Both the position numbers and the translations under genes were made by a program. From NCBI GenBank assembly GCA_002633005.1, contig NMRA01000445.1, positions 124,001-188,000 on the forward strand: 64,000 nt of DNA. The letters run 5' to 3'. The stretch comes from Phoronis australis. Lineage: Eukaryota > Animalia > Phoronida. Shown piece by piece: positions 63,468 to 64,000 of the stretch. How positions within the stretch are numbered: the stretch's first letter is position 1; every line of letters starts with the position of its first letter. The notes below the pieces were generated by a model that searched no databases, was not told where the DNA came from, and worked only from the letters and a program-made list of their open reading frames with translations.

Positions 63468-64000
63468 TTAACCAATGAGAAACCATGTCAAACAACATTC
63501 CACAGTACTACCTTTCGTAGCACGTTGTGAAAGAGTGTATAGTTGTTTACGCAGGTGTCAAACGACAAACTATTGACGTCATTAGTCCATTTTTGACACC
63601 TGGAGTGCGTGAGTGCACAGCTGTGTGGTGGTGACCATAGACCCTATTCACGCCGACAGGAGGCCCGTTCAAAAACGAGGCCCGCTACGATAGCTCTGGT
63701 GGCTTATCCGCGTAGTTGTACTCCGCGTTGTTCGAACAGCTAGAAAAAATACGGACACTCTGTTTTACAATCCCTAAGGACGTTGGGATTCGGAAGCGTT
63801 GGGACCTTGCCGCGACGAAGAGAAATATGTCCGTGTAAAATCTATAACTGTTTTCGAATCATAATTTGTCGCATCTCGGACTGGATGCCGCCATATAGCA
63901 ACGAGGACCGGAGAATCTTCGGCCAGCCAGCCTGTCGTGTTTTCATGACTATGGGTTGAAGCGCGATGCATTTTTCTTTACAACAAGGACAGGGCCCTCA

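Overview
This is AT-rich, intron-rich eukaryotic DNA. The gene and transposon content suggest an invertebrate animal; the species cannot be assigned from the sequence. I reconstructed five spliced protein-coding genes by hand from GT-AG sites and exon phases: (1) a 454-aa type-I membrane protein with two thrombospondin type-1 repeats (+, 2554-11353); (2) SSR2/TRAP-beta (+, 16230-19405, 186 aa); (3) LINS1/Lines (-, 28199-20955, 740 aa once a 380-bp duplication at an N is collapsed); (4) OSTF1 (+, 29279-38566, 214 aa), head-to-head with LINS1; (5) a ~2232-aa repetitive protein I do not recognise, encoded almost entirely by one 6.6-kb exon (-, 48945-41771). The last 11 kb is a transposon pile-up: a 5'-truncated RTE fragment, another LINE fragment, and a near-full-length decayed L1/Tx1-type LINE whose RT domain is split by a THAP-bearing Kolobok-like DNA transposon, plus several MITEs. 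No CRISPR array, rRNA or convincing tRNA gene is present. The best leads are the giant unrecognised protein with hierarchical repeats, a perfect 53-bp inverted copy of LINS1 coding sequence downstream of its stop, the ITIM-like TSP1 receptor, and one repeat family sitting at the equivalent position in two unrelated genes. I cannot demonstrate a new biological system from the sequence alone.
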